Below, one piece after another: positions 12,110-24,428 of a DNA stretch of 64,000 nt. The notes beneath the pieces were generated by a model. The model worked only from the letters and a program-made list of their open reading frames with translations. It did not search any database and was not told the DNA's origin. Numbering within the stretch: the stretch's first letter is position 1; each line of letters opens with the position of its first letter. The translations under genes were made by a program, and so were the position numbers. Source of the stretch: Felis catus (lineage: Eukaryota); assembly GCF_018350175.1 (NCBI RefSeq), contig NC_058368.1, positions 20,772,001 through 20,836,000 of the forward strand, read 5' to 3'.

Positions 12110-13787
12110 AAAACTGTCTGCTGTAAAGTTGTGTCTAATGTGAAACAGTTCTAACTTGCTAACTAAACCGCGTATTAATTCCTCTTAATGTGGAACCACG
12201 GTAGCATATTCACCCAGTTACTGTAACACATGAAAACCCAGAAGCATGACTCAAGCCTGAGGTGACTACGCCTAGACCTGAACATGCAACACAAATTTAA
12301 AAAGAGTGGTTCTCTGTTCAAGCTGGGGCCCAAATAATCATCCACACATAACAGCTGCTCCATCATTCTCCAAACTTACCAACACAGAGAGCTCCTTTAT
12401 TTAGTTTACATATCTATAAACGTTACCCTATGAAGAAAGACTTTCTTGATTTTTGTTAATTGGAAACCTCACTAAAGATCTGTGTAGTTAAATGCTAAAG
12501 AAGACTCGCCACCCCTACCAACTGAAAATTACTCGAGAGGTTAAGACTTCAGTTCAATGTTAGTACATTTCCACTATCAGAAATGTCATCTGTTGTAACA
12601 AATTCCTTCAATCACCAAAAACGTAACATAAAGCCAGCTAGTGTCCTGAGAGTCTGGTTGATTATATAGGGACTTTCCAAGAGAAAATATTCGTTGTAAT
12701 GGATTATAGCTTGGTCTCCTACAATTAGAATGATGAGGGTCTTCCATATTGGAAGTGATATTTCAGAATTTGTGTCCCATTAATGTATTGTTACCAAGTG
12801 TCAAAATAAAGAGTCACCAGCTGATTGTCGATATCTACTGTTTGTGTGATTTGTCTTAAGTGGTATGGGTCTGAGCATTCCCATGTATATATGTTTATTC
12901 CTAGTTCCTTTCACTGATGCCTTTAATTGGACACGCTCATGGAAGAAAGAGTAAAACTTCTTAACTTCATCTTCACCACTTCCTCGGTTTGTCTTCCCCT
13001 ACAGCCCCGGGGAACTTTTACTCAAGCCAGCAGTAGATTCTTCTTCACTTTCACATTCATGGTAAACCCTTGAGTTATTTCCTCATCAAAACCATATATA
13101 TGGAAACTTCATATACCAATTATATTGTAAAGTTTATTTTCTTTTGTCTGGGATTATAGCAACCCTAGTGGTAACACACATTATCTCTCACTGGTCAATA
13201 GCACGTTTATGAATAAACGTGGGGACAATGTTCTTAATTAACAAAAGGAGAGTAAATGGTGAAGTCTTTTAAATCAAAGGTCCATGGAGGGGAAAAACAG
13301 TGAAAGCAACCCGTGGTGTCAAACAGAATCACTGTTTCAAAGAAAAGACGATCCCCAAAAGAAAAGATTGTAGGTTTTAAATGTCTCAGGTTGCAAACGG
13401 GGACTTCATTTCATTAGCATCTTCCTAGTTAGTAGATTCCCTTCTTCGACGAATAGTCTCCTCATTCACCTGGTCACCAGAACGGGAAGACTTCAGTCTA
13501 CATTCCCTACAGACTGTACGTTCAATTGGTTGCCAAGACTTAGAACCTCCAACTTTGAGCTTCTTCTTTTCCCATCTGTTTCCTTCTTTCCTTTGCCCTG
13601 GCCCCGGAACGATTTCCTGTCCCAAAGCCTGGAAAAGTGCCTCCATGTTATATTTTTAGCTAAATTTATTTACTAATTACTTACTCTCAAGGAACAACCC
13701 CAAATCGGCCATTTCTCCTCCTGGGATAAAATGAATGCTACCTTTCAATTAACATATTTTTTTACCTAAAGGACACTGGTACATTTA

Positions 13788-13952
13788 AACCAGTGCTTCT
13801 CAAATTTTGATGTTCATAAAAATCACCTACAAATCGTGTGAAACTAGAGGTTCTGATTGGGTAGGTCTTGGGGGAGGGTCTGAGATTCTGCTTTGAGAAC
13901 AATGCCCCACGTGATGCTAGTAATGCTTTTTGGGAACCACACTTTGAGCAAG
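13788..13952. mobile_element. MER5B-like hAT-Charlie fossil
   Basis: CCAGTGCTTCTCAAATTT...AATCACCT...GGGAACCACACTTTGAG. Confidence 0.65.
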
Positions 13953-15149
13953 GAGATTCTAAGGTGCCCCATGGTCATCTCAACAATACCAATAATGTCC
14001 TGCATGGCCAAGTTCTTCCCTGTTTTGTTTTGTTTTCACTTTGCCTGCTTTCTAAGGGTCATTCTGGATGTTTGTTCTATAACTCAATAGCAGAATTGAT
14101 AAAACTACATTAAAACAAGAAGGGAGACATAGTGTCTGGCTGCTTTGGGCATTCCTGTTAGCAAGAATTGCAGTCTTTCAGGGGTCTTAATTTTTAATAG
14201 CTATGCTATCAGATTCTCAGTCTTGGCATTAGGGCTAGGTGTTACAGCTTCCCATAAAGCGTTCTGATTTATAGACTCGCTGCTCCTCACCATAAAATGA
14301 GGAAAAATCATAAATTTGAAAAAAAAAAATGGTCCGCGGTCTAATGAGATTTCAAGCTATTTGTTATTTAATGAGCATTTACTACCATGAAAATCAGAAT
14401 AACTGCAATTTGCAAAATGCACTTAACGTTCTGGAAACATCAGCAACTGAAAAGCAGGTTACATGATATAATGAGTGTAGTTGCCTTTCTCTGGACCTGT
14501 TTGTTTCCTTGCCCTCTCTGGCCTGTTTCTGGCTCCACTCACCCTTTCCACCAGTTTACCAGATGATTCATCAACTTGCTGGCGTTCCCAGTTACCATCT
14601 GTGTCCAACATCCCAGTAAAATCTAATAAGCTCTCTAATATCCCACATCCCCCATGAGCTATATCCTTGTATTCGTATCCACCGGGACTTGATAGCCATA
14701 ACAATGACCTCAAGGGAAAGGACACTACCACTAGCTGAACACCTACTATGTGCCAAGTTCTGCTCTAGTTGCATAAACTAAACCATCTCCTTTAATCCCG
14801 AAGCATCAAAGATCCTAAAAAGTCCTTTTTACAGAAAGATTATATTATATTCAGTTTATTATCATTAAGAATAAATATATCTTCTTTCTTCAATTTTTCA
14901 AATTATTGTTGAATTTTGTTTAACATAATGCATACATATGGTATTAACTCAAAAGATATAAAAAGGAACAGAGTGAAAAATGAGTCTTTCTCCTCCCCAT
15001 CACTTTCATCGAATCTCTACCTAAAGGCAGTTTTGTGTCCTTTCAGAAGTAGTCTGTCAAGCATGGACTGTTAAGCAATGAGCTAGTAATAGTCCATTAA
15101 GCAATCTCAGATTTCTTTAAAAACTTATAACCTGTTTTGAAATATGTGT

Positions 15150-15370
15150 CTAATTACTAATAATACCTTATTATATATACAGTTTACAACTTAGAAATAT
15201 GTTCTCATGACCCTTGTGACATTTGATTTTCCTGACAACACTATGAGATGGGCAGGACAGACATTCCTGTTAACATTTTACACATGAAGAAACCTAGGCT
15301 CACAGAGGTGAAATGATCTCTCCGTGTATATATAGTTAGCAGAAGACCCACTTCTAGAACAATTAGCCTA
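15150..15370 (-). mobile_element. MIR SINE fossil
   Basis: CCTGACAACACTATGAGATGGG...CATTTTACACATGAAGAAACCTAGGCTCACAGAGGTGAAATGA. Confidence 0.65.
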
Positions 15371-17636
15371 ATGCTCTGTGAGATCATGGAAAGGGTAACT
15401 CAAGGATCATAGGTCAAAAACTAGTGGCCCTTCTTGACCAGTCAAAATACTCTTTATCATGTGAGTTCTCAGAGAATTTACTATTTAAAATGGCAGAAAC
15501 GTGGCATTATTTCACATAAATAATTTATCATATAAAAATTTAATATTCTGGCTTTGCAGTTGCAATCATTAAGCTGTAACCAAACATTTTAACTCAACAA
15601 GTGTCTAAGTTCCTGTTAATGGAGATGCATAGCCTTTCCCCTGCGATATCTGTTGATGATCAGAATTTAGAATTAGGAAGGGCTGGGTAATTTATGAAGT
15701 CTGGTCTACTAAACAAAAAAGAGCAAGCCAAAAGCGATATAATTCTTTATTATAACTGACTGATGAACTTTGGAAATGCTAGGCAGATCCACAACTTTAA
15801 TGCCACTCTCATGTAGTAACAAATACTTTGGGTTTGAGCTCTTAAAAGTCCAGTTCATTCTAATACAGAAATTTCAATTGCTCACTCAAGTCAAAGTTTC
15901 CTCTATCTCCCAGCTTGGACCTGCCTCAGACACAGACCTGCAGGGAGGAAACAGAATCTGTGTAGGCTCATGTCTCCCCACCTTGCTTGCTACTACTCTC
16001 CTTGGTTTCTCTCACTGCCTTTGCATCCCACAGCATCGGAACAGCACTAGGGAGGAAAGGCACGGTTGGAATCTGAGAGAGTTTTCTGGGCGTGGAGTTG
16101 TCTGAAGGCTGATGCTTTCTCACATCAAGTGCCCTCAGAGTTTCTCAGAAATACCTCCACTGGGCACTGGGGAATTCCCACTGTGGTTTCCCAGCACAGG
16201 CGTCTCCTGCAGGTGGCGACCACCACTTCCTCTGAGCCCCTGGCTTCTGGTCATCCACTTCGAGCCTTGTTCCGCCAGGGCGCTACCTGTGGCTCCTGGT
16301 GCTCCTCTTGGGTGAAACCCCATTCAAAGCTAACCAAGTCCAGATTGCTTCCCTGGTGTCCTCACAGGAAGCAAGCTGTATCATCAGTGGAAATGCAACT
16401 TGCTCTAGCTCTCCTCCCCTTTGTCACTCAGCTGCCACGGACTGCTCTGTCTAGCTTCTCATCCTCTGGCTTTTTCAGGCACCAATCTCTGTGTGGTAGG
16501 CTGAATAAGGGCCTTCCCAGAGATGTCCACACTCTAATCCCTAGGACCTATGAGTAGTTGATATTATATGGCAAAAGGGCTTTGCAGATGTGATTAAAGT
16601 TATAGATTTTGAGATGAGGAGATTATCCTGGATTATTAGGGTGAGCTCAGTATAATGACATGAGCCTTTAAAAACAGAAGGGATCGGGATCCAGGAGAAG
16701 ATGGTGGTGTAGGAGGACACTGGGCTCACCGTGTCCTGCTGATCGCTTAGATTCCACCCACATCTGCCTAAATAACCAAAAGACTGGTTAAAGACTGCCT
16801 AAATAACCTCTTTGCCAGAAGACTAGCAGAACAGAGTCTCCAGAGCCAAGCATAGAGAAGAGGCCCACAGAAGAGGGTAGGAAGGGCAGAGAGGCTGTGC
16901 GCACTACACGGCACTGACAGGGCAGAGGGGCAGCCCGCCGGCCAAGCAGAGCCCCTGAGTCTGGCTTGCAAAAGCAGAGGGGCCGGACAGAGTGTGTTCT
17001 GACAGCCAGCGGGACTTAACATCTGCAATGTTATAAAGTCAACAGCTCTGCTCCGAGAGCGGGAGGGCGAGAGGACGCCGGGATGGAGAGTTGTTGAGCC
17101 CCAGAGGACAGAGCTCAGCTTGGCAGGGAACAAAGGCCCTGGCCAGCACCAGCTCCCTCTCCCATCCCCCAGCCAAAATCCCAAAGGGAACCAGTTCCCG
17201 CCACCGAACTTGCTTGCACCACGCAAACACCCAATGCTGTGCTTCTGCGGATCCATCCCTCTGACAGCTCTGCCTCCCTCCCGGTGCCGCAGGGTCCCTC
17301 CCGAAGTGGACCACCAAAGGCAAAGCGAGCTGAGCCTGCCCCTCCCAGCCCTGTGCACATTGCGGATCCACCCTGGCTAATAAGCCAGATCCCATTGAAG
17401 CAGTACCACAAGACTGGCAGTGCGCAAGTAGCCCAGACAGAGGCCACACCACTCCACAGTGAGTCCTGCCCCTGGGAGAGGGGAAGATAAGGTACACACC
17501 AGTCTGACTCTGGCCCCAGCAGTGGGCTAGGGGCAGACATCAGGTCTGACTGCAGCCCCGCCCACCAACGCAAGTTACTCCAGACAGCACAGAGGAAGTG
17601 CCCTGCAGTTCCCCGCCACTCCAGGGACTATCCAAA

Positions 17637-18529
17637 ATGATGAAACGGAAGAATTATCCTCAAAAGAAACCCCAGGAAGTAGCGTCAGCTAACGAATTGA
17701 TCAAAAACGATTTAAGCAATATAACAGAACATAAATTTAAAATAATAGTCATAAAATTAATCGCTGGGCTTAAAAAAAGTATAGAGCACAGCAGAGAATC
17801 TATTGCTACAGAGATCAAGGGACTAAGAAACAGTCATGAGGAGCTAAAAAATGCTATAAATGAGGTGCAAAATAAAATGGAGGTGACCACAGCTCGGATT
17901 GAAGAGGCAGAGGAGAGAATAGGTGAATTAGAAGATAAAATTATGGCAAAAGGGGAGGCTGAGAAAAGAGAGATAAGAAAAATCCAGGAGTATGAGGGGA
18001 GAATTAGAGAACTAAGTAATGCAATGAAACAGAACAATATCCGTATAATAGGAATTCTGAAGAGGAAGAGAGAGAGAAAGGGGCTGAAGGTGTACTTGAA
18101 CAAATCATAGCTGAGAAGTTCCCTGATCTGGGGAAGGAAAAAGGCATTGAAATCCAAGAGGCATAGAGAACTCCCTTCAGACATAACTTGAATCGATCTT
18201 CTGCATGACGTATCATAGTGAAACTGGCAAAATACAAGGATAAAGAGAAAATTCTGAAAGCAGCTAGGGATAAACATGCTGTAACATATAAAGGGAGACC
18301 GATAAGACTAGTGATGGATATATCTACTGAAACTTGGCAGGCCAGAAAGGAAGGGCAGGAAATCTTCAATGTGATGAACAGAAAAAATATGCAGCCAAGA
18401 ATCCTTTATCCAGCAAGTCTGTCATTCAGGAAGGAAGGAGAGATAAAGGTCTTCCCAAACAAACAAAAACTGAAGGAATTCATCACCACTAAACCAGCCC
18501 TACAAGAGATCCTAAGGGGGACTCTGTGA
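17637..18529 (+). pseudogene. L1 ORF1p (RNA-binding/chaperone), disrupted
   Basis: Coiled-coil heptads, NNIRIIGI, KEKILKAAR, YPASLSF, KPALQEIL motifs; frameshift near 18057 and in-frame stops TAG 18164 and TGA 18206. Confidence 0.93.
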
Positions 18530-18597
18530 GTGAAAGGTTGCAAGGACCACAAAGTACCAGAGACATCACTACAAGCATGAAACCTACAGACATCACA

Positions 18598-21500
18598 ATG
18601 ACTCTAAACCCATATCTTTGTGTAATAACACTGAATGTAAATGGACTAAATGCTCCAACCAAAAGACATAGGGTATCAGAATGGATTAAAAAACAAGACC
18701 CATCTATTTGCTGTCTACAAGAGACTCATTTTAGACCTGAGGACACCTTCAGATTGAAAGTGAGGAGATGGAGAACTATCTATCATGCTACTGGAAGTCA
18801 AAAGAAAGCTGGAGTAGCCATACTTATATCAGACAAACTAGACTTTAAATTAAAGGCTGTAACAAGAGATGAAGAAGGGCATTATATAATAATTACAGGG
18901 TCTATCCATCAGGAAGAGCTAACAATTATAAATGTCTATGCACCAAATACAGGAGTCCCCAAATATATAAAACAATTAATCACAAACATAAGCAGCCTTA
19001 CTGATAAGAATGTGGTAATTGCAGGGGACTTTAATACTCCACTTACAACAATCGATAGATCATCTAGACACAGGATCAATAAAGAAACAAGGACCCTGAA
19101 TGATACATTGGATCAGATGGACTTGACAGATATATTTAGAACTCTGCATCCCAAAGCAACAGAATATACTTTCTTCTCGAGTGCACATGGAACATTCTCC
19201 AAGATAGATCACATACTGGGTCACAAAACAGCCCTTCATAAGTATTCAAGAATTGAGATCATACCATGCATACTTTCAGACCATAATGCTATGAAGCTTG
19301 AAATCAACCACAGGAAAAAGCCTGGAAAACCTCCAAAAGCATGGAGGTTAAAGAACACCCTACTAAAGAATGAGTGAGTCAACCAGGCAATTAGAGAAGA
19401 AATTAAAAAATATATGGAAACAAATGAAAATGAAAATACAACAATCCAAATGCTTTGGGATGCAGCAAAGGCAGTCCTGAGAGGAAAATGCATTGCAATC
19501 CAGGCCTATCTCAAGAAACAAGAAAAATCTCAAATACAAAATCTAACAGCACATCTAAAGGAAATAGAAGCAGAACAGCAAAGACACCCCAAACCCAGCA
19601 TAAAAAGAGAAATAATAAAGATCAGAGCAGAAATAAATAATATAGAATCTAAAAAAAAAACAAAACTGTAGAGCAGATCAATGAAACCAAGAGTTGATTT
19701 TTTGAAAAACTAATCAAAATTGATAAACCTCTAGCCAGGCTTCTCAAAAAGAAAAGGGAGATGACCCAAATAGAAAAAATCATGAATGAAAATGTAATTA
19801 TTACAACCAATCCCTCAGAAATACAAGCAATTATCAGGGAATACTATGAAAAATTATATGCCAACAAACTGGACAACCTGGAAGAAATGGACAAATTCCT
19901 AAACACCCACACACTTCCAAAACTCAAACAGGAAGAAATAGAAAACTTGAACAGACCCATAACCAGCAAAGAAATTGAATCAGTTATCAAAAATCTCCCA
20001 ACAAATAAGAGTCCAGAACCAGATGGCTTCCCAGGGGAATTCTACCAGACATTTAAAGCAGAGATAATACCTATCCTTCTCAAGCTGTTCCAAAAAATAA
20101 AAAGGGAAGGAAAACTTCCAGACTCATTCTATGAAGCCAGCATTACTTTGATTCCTAAACCAGACAGAGACCCAGCAAAAAGAGAACTACAGGCCAATTT
20201 CCCTGATGAATATGGATGCAAAAATTCTCAATAAGATACTAGCAAATCGAATTCAACGGCATATAAAAAGAATTATACACCATGATCAAGTGGGATTCAT
20301 TCCTGGGCTGCGAGGCTGGTTAACATTCGCAAATCAATCAATGTGATACATCACATTAATAAAAGAAAGAAAAGAACCATATGATCCTGTCAATCGATGC
20401 AGAGAAAGCATTTGACCAAATTCAGCATCATTTTTTTTTAATAAAAACCCTCGAGAAAGTCAGGATAGAAGGAGCATACTTAAACATCATAAAGCCATTT
20501 ATGAAAAGCCCACAGCTAACATCATCCTCAATGGGGAAAAACTGAGAGCTTTCCCCCTGAGATCAGGAACACGACAGTGATGTCCACTCTCACCGCTGTT
20601 GTTCAATATAGTGTTGGAAGTGCTAGCATCAGAAATCAGACAACAAAAGAAAATCAAAAGCATCAATATTGGCAAAGATGAAGTCAAGCTTTCACTTTTT
20701 GCAGATGACATGATATTATACATGGAAAACCCAATAGACTCTACCAAAAGTCTGCTAGAACTGATACATGAATTCAGCAAAGTCGCAGGATACAAAATCA
20801 ATGTACAGAAAGCAGTTGCATTCTTATACACTAATAATGAAGTAACAGAAAGACAAATAAAGAAACTTATCCCATTCACAATGGCACCAAGAAGCATAAA
20901 ATACCTAGGAATAAACCTAACCAAGGATGTAAAAGATCTGTATGCTGAAAACTATAGAAAGCTTATGAAGGAAACTGAAGAAGATATAAAGAAATGGAAA
21001 GACGTTCCATGTTCATGGATTGGAAGAATAAATATTGTTAAAATGTCAACACTACCCAAAGCTATCTACACACTCAATGCAATCCCAATCAAAATTGCAC
21101 CAGCATTCTTCTCAAAGCTAGAACAAGCAATCCTAAAATTCATATGGAACCTCAAAAGGCCCCAAATAGCCAAAGTAATTTTGAAGAAGAAGACCAAAGC
21201 AGGAGGCATCACAATCCCAGACTTTAGCCTCTACTACAAAGCTGTAATCATCAAGACAGCATGGTATTGGCACAAAAACAGACACGTAGACCAATGGAAT
21301 AGAATAGAAACCCCAGAACTAGACCCACAAAAGTATGGCCAACTCATCTTTGACAAAGCAGGAAAGAATATCCAATGGACAAAAGACAGTCTCTTTAACA
21401 AATGGTGCTGGGAGAACTGGACAGCAACATGCAGAAGGATGAAACTAGACCACTTTCTTACACCATTCACAAAAGCAAACTCAAAATGGGTAAAGGACAT

Positions 21501-22359
21501 GAATGTGAGACAAGAAACCATCAAAACCCTAGAGGAGAAAGCAGGAAAAAACCTCTTGGACCTCAGCCACAGCAATTTCTTACTTGACACATCCCCAAAG
21601 ACAAGGGAATCAACAAAACTAAAAGACAACCAACAGAATGGGAAAAGATATTTGCAAATGACATATCGGACAAAGGGCTAGTACCCAAAATCTATAAAGA
21701 GCTCACCAAACTCCATACCCGAAAAACAAATAATCCAGTGAAGAAATGGGCAGAAAACATGAATAGACACTTCTCTAAAGAAGACATCCACATGGCCAAT
21801 AGGCACATGAAAAGATGCTCAACGTCGCTCCTCATCAGGGAAATACAAATCAAAACCACACAGATACCACCTCATGCCAGTCAGAGTGGCTAAAATGAAC
21901 AAATCAGGAGACTATAGATGCTGGAGAGGATGTGGAGAGACGGAAACCCTCTTGCACTGTTGATGGGAATGCAAACTGGTGCAGCCGCTCTGGAAAACAG
22001 TGTGGAGGTTCCTCAAAACATTAAAAATAGATCTACCCTATGACCCAGCAATAGTACTGCTAGAAATTTACCCAAGGGATACAGGAGTGCTGATGCATAG
22101 GGGCACTTGTACACCAATGTTTATAGCAGCACTTTCAACAATAGCCAAATTATGGAAAGAGCCTAAATGTCCATCAACAGATGAATGGATAAAGAAATTG
22201 TGGTTTATATACACCATGGAATACTACTTGGCAATGAGAAAGAATGAAATATGGCCTTTTGTAGCAATGTGGATGGAACTGGAGAATGTTATGCTAAATG
22301 AAATAAGTCATACAGAGAAAGACAGAGACTGTATGTTTTCACTCTTATGTGGATCCTGA
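18598..22359 (+). pseudogene. L1 ORF2p (APE endonuclease + reverse transcriptase + C-terminal domain), disrupted
   Basis: TLNVNGLN, CCLQETH, GDFNTPL, SDHN endonuclease motifs; [17 protein letters not shown] motif; [10 protein letters not shown] at 19375 plus several frameshifts fragment the frame. Confidence 0.95.
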
Positions 22360-24247
22360 GAAACTTAACAGAAGACCATGGGGGAGGGGAAGGGGAAAAA
22401 AAAGAGGTTAGAGAGGGAGGGAACCAAAATATAAGAGACTCTTAAAAACTGAGAACAAACTGAGGGTTGATGGGGGGTGGGAGGGAGGGGAGGGTGGGTG
22501 ATGGGCATTGAGGAGGGCACCTGTTGGGATGAGCACTGGGTGTTGTATGGAAACCAATTTGACAATAAATTTCATATTTAAAAAAATAATAAAAAATAAA
22601 AACAGAGGGGATCTCTTGGCTAAATCATAAAGATGTGGCAACATGAGAAGGATTCCACATGCTCTGGCTGGCTCCGAGATACGTGTGTGTGTGGCAGGGG
22701 GGTGGGGTGGTGGAGGGGTGTGTGCAAGAACCAGAGAGAGGCCACTGGGAGCCAAGGCAGTCCCCAGCTAAAAGCAGCAAGGAAGCAGGGACCTCAGTGC
22801 AGCAGCCAAAGGGAACTGAATTCTGAGCCTGAAAATGGATTCTCCCTTAGAGCCTCCTGAAGGGAAGGCAGCCCAGCAACACCTTGATTTCAGCCTTGTG
22901 AGGCTCGAACAGAGAAATCAGCTGAGCCCACTGGCTTTCTGACCCACAGAGCATTGAGACGATAAATTTGTTGTTTTACGTCATTAAATTTGTGGTAGTT
23001 TTCTATGGCGGCAATAGGAAACTAATACACTCTACACAGGTCATCTTTTCAAGTGGGTCTCTGAAGCTTCCTCTCACTTGCTTAGGATGAGGGGGAAACA
23101 TGGGACGGGGAGGAGAACAAACATTTCAACTGCCTAAAAAAAATTGCCTCTGCTGAAATCCTTGCTTTCCTCTTCAATTCATAGGTCACCCCTTATATAT
23201 CTGAGATTGGGGAAAAGACTAAGTGTGCCTGGACCATTTTTTGGTCACCTCTTGACAAGTTACATCTCTTTAGAATAGCTGGGCATTTATCCACATTTGT
23301 TCTCAGCACTGGGGCCTCAGCGAACACCGAGACAACAGGAAGGGCTTATTTTAGTTTCCTGTAACATGCAGATACCAACAGAGTTGTTTTCCCTTTTAGG
23401 TTAGCATCCTTAAAATATGTTGGCTAGACTGGGGTTGCTCTGATAAAGAAGGGTCACAGGAGAGAGAGATGAGATCCCAGAGGCAGAATTCACTGCCAGG
23501 ATGGGAAGAGAGACAAGTCAGAAAAAAGCAAAGTTGCCCAAGACATGAGTTAGTGTAGAAGGAACAATGCTTTTAGCCCTAGATTTGGGGTTTGGTAAGA
23601 CCCAGGTTAGAGGCATCAGCATGAGGAACAGTTAGTGTGGGACAGTTCTGAGTGATGAATGGCTCACAGGTAACTGTAATTCTCATGTCTTCTGGAAGAG
23701 TCTCTGCAAGAATGGAATAAATTGGAACTATGGAGCTTGAGTAAGTACAATATTGACCCTTTCATCTCTGGGTTTTATGATTTTAAATTTCTTGGATTTC
23801 CAACAGAGCACAGGGGTGAGGGAAACAATGGACAGAGAGGCAGATTTGTGACAGAACCCAGTCTGTGTAAGGGCAGGGGGCAGACCGGTGAGATCCTACT
23901 GCCCGGGTAGAGTGGATCCTTTTCACACCTGCAGATTGATGTGTTTCTGAGGAGGGGGGCAGGGGGGGAGGGAACTTCCTTACAGTTTCCACCCCATGTT
24001 TCTGCCCTTAAAGAACATTTTACAGCTATGATTTCAAAGCCTCTAAGAAACTAGGTCCCTCTGTTTGGCCGGTTGCTACCTACTCACTGAATGCCTACCA
24101 TGACTCGTCTTCCTTCCAAGGACTCACTTATTCCATACAGTGAAATGCAGCTGTATGGTAATTGCTGGAATTCTGTTTCCTTTCTGCACTCATTTCAGAA
24201 AGAAAAAGAAGAATACAAAGGATGAAGGATTAATAGAATAGTCATTA

Positions 24248-24428
24248 TTTAAATTTAAATTTTAGTTAACATACAGCGCGATATTGGTTTCAGGAGTAGA
24301 ATTCAGTGATTCACCCCTTACACACAACACCCAGTGCTCATCACAAGTGCCCCCCTTCGTGCCCATCTCCCTCCATCAACTCTCAGTTTGTTCTCTATCA
24401 TGGAGTCTCTTGTGGTTTGTTTCCCTCT
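24248..24428 (-). mobile_element. Carnivore L1 3'-end fragment
   Basis: ACAACACCCAGTGCTCATC...TCAACTCTCAGTTTGTTCTC is the reverse complement of the same 3'UTR motifs seen at 22450-22545. Confidence 0.8.

Larger units (their letters stand above)
16686..22597 (+). mobile_element. Near full-length carnivore/feline LINE-1, inactive
   Basis: GC-rich 5'UTR, ORF1 and ORF2 remnants, G-rich 3'UTR, AATAAA at 22564, A-tail; TSD TAAAAACAGAAGGGATC (16669-16685) / TAAAAACAGAGGGGATC (22597-22613), one mismatch. Confidence 0.97.
16492..23029 (+). mobile_element. MLT1D-like MaLR solo LTR split by the L1 (halves 16492-16685 and 22614-23029)
   Basis: Starts TGTGGTAGGCTGAATAA, contains CTTTGCAGATGTGATTAAAG and GATTATCCTGGATTAT, ends ATAGGAAACTAATACA; 5-bp flanks CTCTG / CTCTA (4 of 5 match, as expected for a MaLR TSD). 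Confidence 0.85.

Noticed and set aside
13425..13646. 73-aa ATG-initiated minus-strand ORF (MEALFQALGQ...)
   Set aside because: No recognisable homology and no poly(A) or TSD to suggest a processed pseudogene; length is within chance.
16066..16557. 163-aa plus-strand ORF
   Set aside because: Non-ATG start, no recognisable domain, and it runs into the MLT1D LTR.
16768..17573. Antisense ORFs of 152-196 aa in the L1 5'UTR (ORF0 analogue?)
   Set aside because: GC-rich sequence with few stops in several frames and non-ATG starts; ORF0 is described for primate L1 and I see no similarity.
17834..21629. Minus-strand ORFs of 85-147 aa over the L1
   Set aside because: They are the usual antisense shadows of A-rich L1 coding sequence.
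17637..22359. Retrotransposition-competent L1
   Set aside because: Both ORFs carry multiple stops and frameshifts, and ORF2 has a deletion.
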